A DNA stretch of 64,000 nucleotides from Phyllosticta citribraziliensis. Its lineage: Eukaryota. Below, one piece after another: positions 1 to 12,497 of this stretch; the stretch's first letter is position 1, and the number at the start of each line of letters is the position of its first letter. The notes under the pieces were generated by a model. The model saw nothing but the letters and a program-made list of their open reading frames with translations, had not been told where the DNA came from and did not search any database. The stretch is from assembly GCF_038025025.1 (NCBI RefSeq), contig NW_027117338.1, positions 2,542,001 to 2,606,000 on the forward strand. Direction: 5' to 3'. A program made the translations under genes and the position numbers.

Positions 1-610
1 TTCTTCCTAATAACTTCTAACTATAATAACTTAATAACTAGTTAAGATATAGTAATTCTAAAAGATATTTTAAACTTCTACTATATAGAAGTATAAAACT
101 TAAGTATAAGGTTTTTAATATCCTAGTCCCTATTAGGTAGGTAGGGAGGTCCTAGCTAGGTCTTTATATAGAAAGGACCTATATATTAAGATAGATTAGA
201 GAGTAACTAAGCCTAAGGAGTATTACTATATAATACCTTAGAGGCTATAGTATTTATTTAGAAGTTCTAAAGTTTATCTATCTACTAGATAATTTTCTAT
301 AGAGATATATTATTTAAGTATTTCCTTCTCTTTTAAATATCTTACTAATAAGTTACTAGATTAGGATAGGAAATATACTATTTAAATTATCTAATTCTAC
401 TCTATAAGCTTATATATTAAGCTTATCTAAAAGTTACCTAGAAAGCTCCTAATCTAGTAAACCTTCTTAAATAAAGGTTATTATAGTAAAGCCTTACTAA
501 AAACCTTAATACTATAGCCTAGCTAATAAAGGTAATAAGTATAATCTATATAGCTAATTAATTATATAGATGTTATATTATATAAGGTACTAATTATATT
601 GTATAATATA
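1..610. repeat. AT-rich RIP-degenerated tract (probable transposon relic)
   Basis: Very AT-rich and full of TpA and stop codons. CpA/TpG and CpG are essentially absent over the first ~565 bp. Composition returns abruptly to normal at about 610-650. Confidence 0.85.
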
Positions 611-1140
611 ATGTTGCGCAATGCCATAAATCTATAAAGGCAATTGTATGGAATTGCTAACAACTCTGTCGAGGCGGCTTGGATGCTCGTTGTGGACAAG
701 TTTTGAGAATTCATGTTTTTTTCCACGTAGTACTCCTCCGCTTCTTTCCTCGCCAGCATTCCATGCTTTCCCCAGCAAGCCTCGGGAGCTAGAGACAAAC
801 CAAGAGCAGATCATGTTCGACAGCGGGCCAGTCGAGATTCGGAGTGCCTTGACGACACCCCTGTCGCCTCGTTACATCACTCGCATGGAGCTACCCGGTT
901 GATCAGGCGACAACATCAACATCAAGGAAGTAGACCATCTTCGCATCTCTGCACTTCAACAGACCCAGCATCTCAGTCTTTCGCGTTCTGACTTTGCTTG
1001 CCAAACCAACCCGTCCCAGCATTCCTCACCCCTCTTTGTTCTGTCAACGCCAGACCCGTGAGTGGGGTCCACGGCAGCATCAACGGACTGGGGGCACATT
1101 ATCCGCCAAAAGCAACGCGGGGCCAAAGAAAATCGAAATC

Positions 1141-2019
1141 ATGGTCGCAGTGGATCGCGGACACCAAAATCCGCTTTTCTTCGATGAATTCAACGCGACG
1201 AGCTACGGCGGATCTCTAAAAGAGCAAGGAAAGGTCGGAAAAGAGGCATTTTGGCAAGCAAGTGATGACCCGGACGAGCAACTGAGACGTTGCTGGCGGC
1301 TGCAGACGTGCGGGTCGTGCTTGAGCGAGGGAGGTGGGAGGTCATGTGGGTGGTGTCCGTTGGTGAGTTTTATTTCCCTATCCTACTGCTCTCTTGTCGC
1401 CGGCCATAATCAACCACATCGATTACCAGCGCACATCTACAAGACTTTTCCTGATCCCCGAATATGACCACCACCTCATCCACTCTTGAGCCTTCCAATC
1501 TCTCCTTCTATTTCCACCACCACCAAGCACAAATCTAACAACCTACCCCTCGGTCCGCAGTCATCAACATGCGTCGCGCTGCCCACCTCCCCACGCTCCC
1601 TCCCCCTCATCCTGCTCCCCCTCGCCCACCCCGACATCTGCAGCCAGCCGTCCGAGCGCTTCGAACTGCGCACCAAGTCGTTTGGCCGCGACAGCTGCAA
1701 CGTGTCGACGCTAACGGTGCTGACGGCCGTCGTCGCCGCCGCGTGCGGCGTCGCGCTCGTCTTCTTGGCGTGGGCGCTCTGGCGCGCCGGCGGTGGGCTG
1801 TGGAGGAGCTGGAGGGAGGCGCGGGGTGGGACGGAGTTGTTGGTCGAAGAGGATGGCGTCTGTGGGCAGAGGAGGACGTGGCGCGTTTGGGAGAGAGGTG
1901 ATGGGAAGGATGGATGGCGGGGGTTTGTGAGGAGGTGGAAGTGGTTCACGGGTGGGAAGCGGGAAGAGGACAGTGCGGATGCGGAGAGGAGAGCTTTGTT
2001 GGATCAGGAGGAGCAATGA
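1141..2019 (+). CDS. Small single-pass membrane protein with a PSI-like Cys-rich domain
   Basis: Exon 1141-1362 (CWRLQTCGSCL..CGWCPL), GT-AG intron 1363-1560, exon 1561-2019 (SSTCV...C..ERFELRTKSFGRDSCNVSTLT, a hydrophobic TM segment, C-terminal ERRALL). Start codon uncertain. Confidence 0.7.
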
Positions 2020-2116
2020 TGTTTCGCATGGAATCTATGGCTTCTTCTACTGCATGTACTCGAGTGTCTTAGGGACAAGGCCTGCTGGCGCTGGGTGAAT
2101 ATGGAGCATCACACTA

Positions 2117-2288
2117 GGTGTCGAAAGAAATGATAGTTCGTAGGTGTCAAACATGATGGCGGGAAACCACAGTTCCCTAAACACAAACGTGATGGCGGAT
2201 GACTGCTCCCTGTGCATAGCTGTGGTGCTGGACTGCTCCTGACATGGAGGCGGAGTGCTAGGAACCAAGGCTCAGTACTTTCTACACC
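2117..2288. mobile_element. MITE-like element, copy A (172 bp)
   Basis: Left end GGTGTCGAAAGAAATGA. The right end reads GGTGTAGAAAGTACTGAG on the minus strand (imperfect TIR). Internal similarity to 18003-18178. Confidence 0.6.
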
Positions 2289-2821
2289 ACAGCGGCATCG
2301 CGACACCAAAATAGCATGTGCGAGGAACACGCAAGTCCTGAGTACCTAGATGTCAGGTAGGTAGAAGAACGAACAGCAATTAATTGACTGCATGTACGAG
2401 CGCCATGCCTCCTGCTAGCAATCAAAGCCAGCTCAGAAACAGCCTCCACCGACAAGCAGCAAAAACAGCAGCACGCCGACAAAAAGATTAAAAAGACTCG
2501 CCAATGGTGCGCGAACCTCGACTCAAACGTCGCGTCACAGCACTGCCTAAAAAAGATCCAGGCCAGCCCTCCATCCGCTTTTGGGCGAATAATAGTCAGT
2601 CAGTCCATGTGGATCAGACTGCCCCCGGAACCCACTCTGGCCACCCGCGAAATCCCGGTTTGATGAGATAATGCTCGCGTTTTTGGTTGATAAAGGTGCA
2701 CTTGCACCCAGCGTACGCCACAACGGTGACTGCATTTGGCTCACTGACTTGAAGGCGGATGGACACACTGGACTGTTGCCGACAATTGGTCTACGATTGA
2801 ATTATTTTGTCTCCGCATATT

Positions 2822-5693
2822 CTAATCCAAGCCCAGCCACTCCTCGCTGCCGTCCGAGTCCTCGCCGCCTGCGCTCTCGACGCCGCTCATCTCATCTCCC
2901 TCCACAAGCCTCAAAACATCGTCAACGCCATTGGCCTGTTTCGCGCCAACCGGCTGCGCCAACAAATAGTCAATCGCGTACACGTTGTCGTCGACCAGTC
3001 GCGCCACCTCCCTCTGCACCTTGGCCACGGCCTTCTGCACTGCTCGCAGCTCAGGCGCAAAGTCGCCCTGGCGGTCCTTCAGCACGCGGCCGTGCTTGGT
3101 AAGCAGCGCCTCGATCCACCGCAAATTGAACTCGAGGTGCGGCGACTCGTCCGCCTGCACCGCGACGAAGCGCAGGAGGCGGCCGAGATAGACTTGAGGA
3201 AGGTCCTTGACGACGAGAGGAATGTCTTCGACTGGCGTGCCGTAGTAGACGCGCGCAATCAGACCACGCTCGTTGAGACGGAAGGCCATGGCCAGAGCAC
3301 GGAGGAAGTGGCCTTCCTTGAGCGCTTGCAGGGTTGTGTCCGGTGTGACCGTCACGTCCAAGTCGAACGGATCGAACTGGAGCGTATTGTCCAGAGAATA
3401 GATGAGCAGGCCTTCAGTGCTTGCAGCACAGAATGCACGTCCGGTAGGAGAGAAATTGACAGCGGGCACGCGTACTTCCGGTCTCGTTCGCCGCACGCTC
3501 ATGTCACCGCCGCGCTGGGCACCAGGGAGAATGCGGTCGCCCGCCAGGCGGTCTTCTAGGTCGGATGCGTCTCCCGTCTCGTCAATGAGACCGCGAGGGC
3601 CGCCCTCGCCGAGCAGCTTGCTGTTGAGGAATTCTTGAGTACCGTCAAGGGACAGATTGACACTAACGGTGTATTTCTTGAGGAGAACTCCAGAAAGGAC
3701 GTCGTACAAGCAAATGTACTTGCTGTTACCACCTGCGAGCACGCAAGTACCATCCGCGCTGTAAGCCACAGTCTGGAAGGCTTTGGTGCCGGCGACATTG
3801 GCAGCCGTCCGCCGGTCGGTGATTTTGCGCCCGCCAGACACGTCGCGTCGGCCATCGACGCCGCCAACTTGCGTTGCCTCCGAAACAGAGTAGAAGGATA
3901 GTTGTCCATCGAGGGTAGAGACGGCAATTTGCTTCGAGTCTGGCCGGAAAGCCAGGTCGAGAACGTCCGATTGCAGCTGGATTGGCTCGCTTGTTTGGGT
4001 CCTGGCGAAAATATCCCATATACGCACGGTGTGGTCCCAGCTACCGCTTACGACGTTGCCGCCGTTGGGCGCAAATGCAAGACTGGAGACGGGCGCCTCA
4101 TGGCCCGACAAGGTGTCAAGCAATTGCCCCGTTTGGACGGACCACACGTGAATATCGGGATCATCACGCGAGCCAGCGCAAATGACTTCGCCGCTAGGGT
4201 CAACGGCAATGGAGGAGAAGGCGAGGCGTCTTGGGGCTGTGAAGGTGCGGAAGTTTCGGTAACGGATGAGGTCCCATGCTCTTACTGAGCCGTCGAGCGA
4301 TGCGGTGAAGAGGACATTGCCCCGTTTTGCAAACTCGCAGGCCGTTACGCCGCTGGTGTGTTCGGTAAAAGTGACGATACAAAACCCCGAAGCAGTGTCC
4401 CAAACTTTGATCTTGCCGTCGTCGGCGCAGGTTACTATCCTTTGGCCGTCTGGGGAATAAACGATGGAGTTCATAGAGTCAAAGTGGCCCTGCTGCTTGA
4501 GAATGTATGACTCGGACTGCCACTCCCAGACCAGGAGCTGGCCGAGTTTTGATGCGCCAAATGCCAGCCATTCGCCGGTCTTGTTGATTGTGACGTAGTC
4601 AATGTCGTTTTGGGAAATGCTAATTCGATCAGCTATTGGTTGCAATGCCAAAGTTGAGTACTCACCTCAGGGTCTGGATGGTTGAGAATTCGGGCAGCTC
4701 GTATATTCCAAAGATGCCGTTGGAAAATCCAACGACAAGGAGATTTGACTCGGCGTGAAACGCTGCGCATGTGACCGTCGCGTTGTTTTGCAAGAAGAAG
4801 TGCTTCTCGGCAATTCTCCACCGCTCAGTCCCTTCGGCCTCTTCATCGTCCACATCATTTCGAGGCAGATACTCCCATCGAAAAAGTGCGCCGTCTTTGC
4901 TCACAGTGTACATCTGCATTCACATCAGCGCCGCCTCAGGTCGTGTCGATAGCGAATAAACCCACAATTTCTTGATTTTTCGAAAACCAGGCGCCCACGA
5001 CAGCTTGACGGTGCCCTGCCAATGTTGTAGGAACAAAACCTTCCTCCGGGTCCAGGCTCCATATCCTTGCGGTCAAATCTTTGGACGCAGTCAGGAAAAA
5101 TCTCGAGTCGGACGACCACTCTATGCTCTGGACAAGGTCGTAGTGGCCGGTATATACGCGATGTCTGACGAATGGCGCAAACTCCAATTCGCCATCGTTG
5201 CCAGAGTCGGGAGTCGAGGGGGTATGCCAGACTTCGACTTGTCTGCCAATGGCTGCGGCGAATTGGCGACCGGACGGCGCGAAAACGAGGGACGATACGG
5301 GCGACTTGAAGGAAAAGTGGTAGAGGGCTATGCGCCTAGGGACGTTTGAGAGAATGGCGCGGCCATCCTCGTCGACGGTGAGCAGGAGATTGCCCTGAGG
5401 ATTTAATGCGATGCGGTGGATATTTCTGCGGTGCGCAAAGGGGAGAGTGAATGACTTGTTGCTTCAATCTTGTCAGCCGGAGAGGAATGTCAGGAATGCA
5501 GGACGCGGTACTTGACGAGGTCGAAGAGGGTGACGCGGTTGCCGACTGGCGACAGCAGACAGGTGCCGTCGGGGGTGAAGAGAAGGTTTCCTCTGCTGTA
5601 TACGGTGCCTAGCAGGTTGGAGAACTGGACGCGGGTCAGCACAGAGGAGGTCAAGCGTCAGGGAGGCATGCGCACCTTGAAGTCGGTCTTCAT
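2822..5693 (-). CDS. PWP2: Periodic tryptophan protein 2 (U3 snoRNP / UTP-B WD40 subunit)
   Basis: ATG at 5693 gives MKTDFK|FSNLLGTVYSRGNLLF. Multiple WD40 repeats, LGQLLVWEWQSESYILKQQGH, RAWDLIRYRNFRTF and a Utp12-like C-terminus. Several short GT-AG introns. Confidence 0.95.
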
Positions 5694-6143
5694 TGTGTGG
5701 AGTGTAGGTAATGTGCCAATTATCGATAGCGCAGGCCGTGAACTTTTTGCTGGAGTCCGGGTCCTGCCTGCGGTGGTCCATGCGTCTTGGCGCGCGGGCG
5801 GCGTTTGGCGGACCAAGATCTCCGCTAGCGCCTTCCCCCAGGCACTGCACGCACCGAAGGGGGAACTTCATCTTAGGGGCTGCTGCTGCTACATCCCGAC
5901 CTCCTCCTCCGTTCCGTCCCCGTCGTCTCGCACGCCCAACCTGAACCCACTCCCACGCGCTCGACTTGTCCAACTTCTTCCACTCGCTCACTCCGCACCC
6001 TCTCTTGCTGCAGCCAGCTTTTCCACGCTGCCCCCAGTCGCTTGTGAGTATCGCTGGCTCAGGGGCTTCCGCCTCCATTCGCTCACCTCCCCCAGCCATC
6101 CACTCTCGCCCACCTTCAGGCATCGCGCCTTAGAACCGTCCAA

Positions 6144-7536
6144 ATGTCCGAATCCGCCTCCCCGATTGGCATTGCCAATGTAAGTGTCCTCATGCATGCC
6201 ATGCGCGCCCATTGCTGACCTTGTTTACAGCTCCCCAACCAACGGTACTTGGCCCTCCACCCTCTCATCGCGGATTGACCCTGACCCATTCACAGCCACA
6301 AGATCGTCGCCAAGCGTGGTGCCGCTTTCACGGTCATGGTGAGATGTCACGAGCGCCATTGGCCGTTGTGTTGGTGTTGACGATCAACAGGTCGCTGGCG
6401 AGTCTGGCTGCGGAAAGACGACCTTCATCAATACCCTCTTCTCGACCACCATCAAGAACTATGCCGACCACAAGCGCCGCCATGCCAAGCAGATTGACAA
6501 GACGGTCGAAATCGAAATCACAAAGGCCGAGTTGGAGGAGAAGTTCTTCAAGGGTCAGTCCGACGATACCCGCCCGCTGGCGTCAACTTACACTCCACAG
6601 TCCGCCTTACCGTCATCGACACTCCCGGATTCGGAGACTATGTCAACAACCGCGACTCGTGGCAGCCCATTATCGAATTCCTCGATGACCAGCACGAGTC
6701 TTACATGCTGCAAGAGCAGCAGCCCAAGCGCCAGGACAAGATTGACCTTCGCGTGCATGCCTGCTTGTACTTCATCCGTCCCACCGGTCACACCTTGAAG
6801 CCTCTGGACATTGAGGTCATGAAGCGCCTCTCGTCGCGCGTCAACCTCATTCCTGTCGTTGCCAAGGCCGACACATTGAGCCCCATCGACTTGGCCAAGT
6901 TCAAGCAAAGGGTTTGTTCATCCCTGCGTTGGGGGCGTACCATCAATTGACACAGAACAGATCCGCAACGTAATCGAGGCCCAGGGAATCAAGATTTACC
7001 AGCCCCCGCTCGAGGAGGACGATGAGGCCGGTCTCCAGCACGCGCGTAGCCTGATTGCCGCCATGCCCTTCTCCGTCATTGGTTCCGAGAAGGATGTCCA
7101 GACCGGTGACGGCCGCACCGTCAAGGGTCGCCAGTATGCTTGGGGTGTTGCCGAGGTTGAGAATGAGGAGCACTGCGACTTTAAGAAGCTCCGCGCCATT
7201 CTAATCCGCACCCACATGCTCGACCTCATCCACACGACCGAGGAGACCCACTACGAGGCCTACAGGGCGCAGCAGATGGAAACTAGGAAGTTCGGCGAAG
7301 CCCGGCCAAGGAAGCTGGACAACCCCAAGTTCAAGGAAGAGGAAGAGGCACTGCGCAAGCGCTTCACGGAGCAGGTCAAGGTCGAGGAGCAGCGTTTCCG
7401 CCAGTGGGAGCAGAAGCTCATCGCCGAGCGCGACCGTCTTAACAAGGATCTGGAACAGAGCCACGCTGTCATCAAGCAGCTCGAGGCCGAGGTCGAACAG
7501 CTCCAAGGCAGCATCACCCGCTCTGGTCGCCGTTAG
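6144..7536 (+). CDS. CDC12: Septin of the Cdc12/AspC group
   Basis: Spliced reading MSESASPIGIAN|LPNQR|HKIVAKRGAAFTVM|VAGESGCGKTT, plus DTPGFGD, AKAD, the septin unique element GRQYAWG and a C-terminal coiled coil. Confidence 0.93.
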
Positions 7537-7991
7537 ACCGTTTCGCCAGCATAGGTTTTTCCTTTCTTCTGATACCTCTCGTTTTCAGGTCTTCTTCTTA
7601 AGTTTGTAATGCCAATCGCCAAGCCTCAGACCTGGAAATGGCTGCCGGTTTTGGTGTGACTGCGGGCTCTTTTCCATTCACTTTTTGTTCTTTTTGTTGC
7701 AGTGGTTGGGGCGGGTTCAATTGCTTTCTAGGAGCGAATTGCTGGTGCAGGGAAGCATAAAATCTGGAGAGGCATCAGTTAATACGATAACTTCGCCTGG
7801 GCTGTAGATTAATCAAGCTTGACGCATTCAATTGATTGGCATGCAGTTGACAGACGAATGGTGTCACTGGGTGCTGCTCGGAGCTTCGGGAGGCGCCGCC
7901 AGAGATAAGATGGTGAATCAGCTCAGGTTGCGCCGACCACCGCGTCAACTCCAACAACTTCAACCCAATTCCCAAGAAGACACGACATGAC

Positions 7992-9458
7992 ATGACGGCG
8001 CATTTTCCGACTCAGCAGATCGCAAGCCTCTCTGGCCACAATGGTAATTCTTCACCACACCCGATGTTTGATTTCATATCAATAATCGATGCAGTAGTTA
8101 TGACAATCTCACAGGCCCCGTCCACGCCTTGACCTACAGCGCCGGTCTTGGACAATATGTACGTCCACCCGATCCATGGTCTCCCTTCTCGTCCGACCCA
8201 GATGTCTCACAAAAATTCGCAACGTAGGTCCTCACGGGCTCCTCGGACCGCACGATCCGGCTCTTCAACGCGAACAAAGCGTCGCTGGTGCAGTCGTACA
8301 CGGGCCACGGCTACGAAGTGCTCGACATCTCGGTGACGGAGGACAATGCGCGGTTCGCCAGCTGCGGTGGCGACAAGAGCGTCTTCGTGTGGGACGTGGC
8401 GACGGCCAAGACGGTGCGCCGCCTGGCGGGGCACGTCAGCCGGGTCAACAGCGTCGCGTGGGGCGCGGCCGCGGACGTGTTGGTGAGCGGTACGTCTGAA
8501 CCACCCATCCATACATCCATAGCTGTCTTGGGCGCTGCTGCCACGGCACGGCGGTCTGGTTCAAGTCGTTGCAAGAATGGAACGCTGACGAGTGGTGCTT
8601 GGACGAACAGGCAGCTTTGACGCTTCGGTGAAGCTGTGGGACCTCAAGTCGCAAAACAACAAGCCGCTCATGTCGCTCGAAGAGGCGCGCGACGGCGTGT
8701 CGAGCGTCGCCGTCGTCGAGCATCAGATCTTCGCCGGCAGCGTCGACGGGCGCGTCCGCACGTACGACATTCGCATGGGCATGGTGTACGAGGACGTTGT
8801 TGGCCGTAAGGGTCCCTTTACCCCCTCTCGTAGCCGTCTCCTCCTCGAGATGCGTGCCTTGAGGCTGCAGAATGTAGTGGATGTTTGGGTTCTGACAGGA
8901 GCTTGCAGATCCAGTCACATCCCTCTCGCCGACGAAGCTCGCCGACTCGGTCCTCGTCAGCTCGCTCGACTCGACTCTGCGCCTCATGGACCTCGCCAAC
9001 GGCAAGCTTCTGCAAGCCTTCAAGTCTCCAGACGTACGTTTCCCTTTCGCCTCATCCTGCCTACCTGCCTGCATCTCTCCTCAACAGCCCTCTCCCTCTT
9101 CCCCCTTCCCCCCCCCCCCCCCCCCCCCCCCCCCCCTTGGCTCTGGAACCTCAGCTGACATGCCGGCACACAGTACACAAACACAGCCTACCGCATCCGC
9201 TCGACCCTCGCCAACAAGGACGCCATAGCGCTGTCTGGCAGCGAAGACGGCGCCGTTGTCGCGTGGGACGTAGTGAGCGGCGAGGTCATTCACACGCTGC
9301 AGCAACAGCAGCAACAGCAGCCACCACAAGGTACCGCCGTTGCTGGCAAGAAGAACGTCGTCGTCAGCGCTGTGGCGTGGTGTCCCGGCCGGCGCAAGGA
9401 GTTTGCGAGCGCAGGCGGCAACGGCGACGTTGTGCTGTGGGGTGTTCCGGACGAGTAG
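7992..9458 (+). CDS. WD40 repeat protein, WDR83/MORG1-like
   Basis: Spliced exons reading MTAHFPTQQIASLSGHNG..., YTGHGYEVLDI, FASCGGDKSVFVWDV, SFDASVKLWDLKS, GSVDGRVRTYDIRMG, SGSEDGAVVAWD. Poly-Q near the C-terminus. Confidence 0.82.
9108..9136 (+). repeat. Poly-C homopolymer (29 nt) in an intron
   Basis: Direct read, inside the last intron of the WD40 gene. Confidence 0.9.
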
Positions 9459-10147
9459 ATGCGATTACGTGAGTGGCATGCAAGTAGACGGACGGGGAGT
9501 AGTTGTTGCTGGAACGAGAGGTCAAGAGCGAGAAGAAGCATCCGGGCATCCTCACAGAATAGTTCCATGGATCAAAGGACATGTAACCTAAGCGCAGCGC
9601 AAAAAGCAGTACCCAAGCTTCGACTCATCAAAGCCTTCTTACAGGTGTAGTTTGCTACTCACATACCTATATACAGAGCCCCCCCATTTTTCCGTTTTTT
9701 TCCCTAGCCAACCGAAAAGTAAGAAGCGTGAAAGGAGGAGAATAGAGGTACTAACAATGAAAAAGACAAGACGGGGGAAGAATTAGAAGGAAAGAGAAAA
9801 ATAGGGAAATGAAGCTGCTTCTACAAGGAAGAGAGGAAAGATGTTGACGGGGCTGGTTTGTCGTGTTGTTTTGGTTTTGGTTTTTGTGGACTGCCAGTCC
9901 CGCGCCCTGAATCAATGGACCGACCGACCCATGCGTCTTCGAAGGGTGGATGCTGCCGTTTAGATCTTCTTGATGCTGGGGACCAGAATGCTTCCTACCC
10001 GCGCTGATCCAACAAGATGGTTCCTCCCAAGTCCTGGTGGTTTGTGCATGTGAGCTGGTAACAGGCCTCGCATATATTCAAGCTTTCTCCTCGCCAACAA
10101 AGGGAACGCTGACGAGCGACGGGTTCGTGCTCATGTGCGCCTTGTTT

Positions 10148-11872
10148 TTATATGAAGCCGTTGTCTGGCAGGCCGCCGTCGCTGCCGTCAGTGCCGCCAC
10201 CTCTCAGCGCCTCCATGGCCCGGCCCAGCTCCGCCTCGGCAACCATGACGGTCCCGGCCCGCGCGGTGCTCAGGTAGCTCATCTCAACGGCATCGGGGAG
10301 CAGGTCTACGCCGTCGGCAAGGCCACCAAAAGCGGAACCGTTGACCGCCGCCGTCGCCCCCCAACCAGCGCCGACCCCACACGCGCGCAGCGACGACGAG
10401 GTTGTGCCGCCGACCAGACGGCCGGCCACGCCGCACACGATGCCCGTGCTCTCGAGGGGCAGGTCGCGCAGGTCGAGCGTGATGGGGACGAGGACGTCCT
10501 CCTTGGAGCCGAGCAGCACGGCGGGCGCGAAGTTGTGCAGCAGCCGCTTCTCCAGCAGCACCGACGCCGGCTCCGTGTCCGTCAGCGTCAGCGAGAGGAA
10601 CGTCGGGTGCGGCGCCGTGATGAGGCTCTTGACCAGCCCCAGGTGCAGCAGGTCCTCTGGCCGCGGCGCCGCCGTCGTCTCCCCGCCGCTGCCGCCGTTG
10701 GCGTGGTGCCCGTTGGACGACAGGAACATGGAGCCGCTCAACGGCCGCGTCGCCGTCGACCCGGTGCTCGTTTCCTTGCTGCCGGCGCATTGGACGAGCC
10801 GGATCGACGGGTCGACGGCGAAGACGACGTTGCGCCGTTTGAGCAGCGCAAACGTGCGCGTCTCGAGCTCGTTGATGCTCGTCGGGGGCGGCGTCCCTGG
10901 CGTCGATGGCAGGTCAAACGACGACGCCGACGACCGGTTGTGCGAGCTGGCGGTCGCTGCGGCTGTGGGGTTGACGTAGGACGACGTCGTATCTTCAAAG
11001 GCGAATCCGCGGTCTTCGAGCGCCTTGACAACCTGCTCGCGCGCCCGCAGCGGTACGAGGATGTAGTCAGAGAAGTAGGTTGTGATGAAGAAGATGGAGC
11101 TGCGGCGCTTGTCAGAACGTGATTCTCGAGCACGGCTGAAAGTTACCCAGGGCAGGGATGCGCTTGGTAAGAGGAAAGGTGCACTTACATGCCGGCCATT
11201 GCAAGCGGGCTCGTCAATTCTAGTACGCGCTGTCCCGCGTCGAGGCCTTCGCCATCGACTTGCATCACAATGTAGTCTTCATGCGTGATTGACACCTGAT
11301 CCCGATTCTCAGGATCTAGGTGGTCCCGGACAGAAGTAAAAAGATCCTCGGCCAATTCCCTGGAGCACGCAATGGAGCATTCGACGGGCGTGATTGAAAT
11401 GTTGGTAAAAGGGTGCTCGTACGCCCACGACTTTCTTGGGCGGGCAGAACCATTGCTCCCGGCGCTGCTGGGCCTGCTCGCGGGAAGCAGCAGGCGGAGG
11501 ATGGGCTGCAGGAAATTAGAGTAGAGGTGCAGCGGGATGTGAATCAGGGCAAGCTGAGTATCCTGCCACAGCAGCACCATGTCAGCGGCAGTCAGATTCT
11601 TGTAGCAGGCAGGCAGAGAAAAGAAAACAAAAGGGGACAGCAACGGATTGGTGGTAGCTGAACACAGGCACGACGTGAGGCCGATTATATAAGAGGGCGC
11701 GCGACTTTTACGCGACGCCACACGGCGAATGATAGCGATATCAATGCAAGGCATGAGCGGCCTCCATACGGCGCACAAGGTGACGAGAGTGAAAATTGAT
11801 ATCCATAAAAAGCGGGAACCCACTCACAAGGAATTGGATGTGCGCGCTGAGAAGCGTCATGGACGCTTCCAT
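10148..11872 (-). CDS. CASTOR/GATS-like ACT-domain protein
   Basis: Exon 1 11872-11828 MEASMTLLSAHIQFL, intron 11827-11563, then DTQLALIHIP..FTNISITPVECSI..AGQRVLELTSPLAMAG|SIFFITTYFSDYILVP and a C-terminal ACT-like segment LPLESTGIVCGVAGRL..MSYLSTA. Confidence 0.75.
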
Positions 11873-12451
11873 GGCTCGCGCAGGCGCAACGAGGACCCCA
11901 CAACCGACAGGCACTCACCCGATAAGACGGGCCCAGAAGAGGTGGAAAGGGCCACGAGAGGGAGATAGACGATCCGATTGATCTCGCCACGGATGGGAGC
12001 GATGTGAGCTGGCTGCCCGGGCGGGACAGGGCAGAAGTGCCGCGGCTGGATTGAGCTACGTGCAGGAACGTCGTCTTGTTCCTGAAAAAGGTCGTCGCCA
12101 AAAGCAAGGCTTTGCGCGTCGCCGAGGAGGGATTTTTCTCTTTCGGATATACACCTTTTTTTTTTTTTTTCTCTCTCACACTCGACGATGTGACTCAGCG
12201 GTTGATGTGCTCTTGTCCGACGGGCCAGTGGGAAGTATCGTTCTTGAAGTTCATACCCAGATGCAGCCCGATTGGGGAGGATTCAAGGCGCAAAGGGATT
12301 GAGGTCAGAGGGAGGGAGTAGGTGGCACGGTGGTGAGACTTGTGTGCGTGTGTTGAGGAGAGAGGGAGGATGAGGTGCGAATAAAGGGCCTGGCGGGCCG
12401 TGGGGTCAGTGAGGTGAGGTGAGCTTGGCGGCGACGAGAGAGCGTAAGACC

Positions 12452-12497
12452 GGGAGAGAGCGAGAGCGAGAGAGACAGAGAGAGAGGGAGGGAGGGA
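12452..12497 (+). repeat. GA-rich microsatellite
   Basis: GAGAGC/GAGA/GGGA repeats upstream of the ACT-domain gene. Confidence 0.7.

Noticed and set aside
853..863. Third MITE terminus (CGACACCCCTG matches 18172-18182)
   Set aside because: Only 11 bp match, with no partner end or internal similarity seen.
2480..2660. SRP, RNase P/MRP or spliceosomal snRNA gene suggested by hairpins and T runs
   Set aside because: None of the diagnostic conserved motifs were found.
2807..3559. Long antisense ORFs (also 10037-11122, 24511-25320, 26192-27136, 32075-33094, 37834-38466)
   Set aside because: Shadow frames opposite GC3-rich real genes, with no recognisable motifs.
12195..12254. Arginine attenuator peptide uORF
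   Set aside because: The sequence lacks the recalled AAP core (DYLSDHLW-like), and the downstream gene is not CPA1/arg-2.
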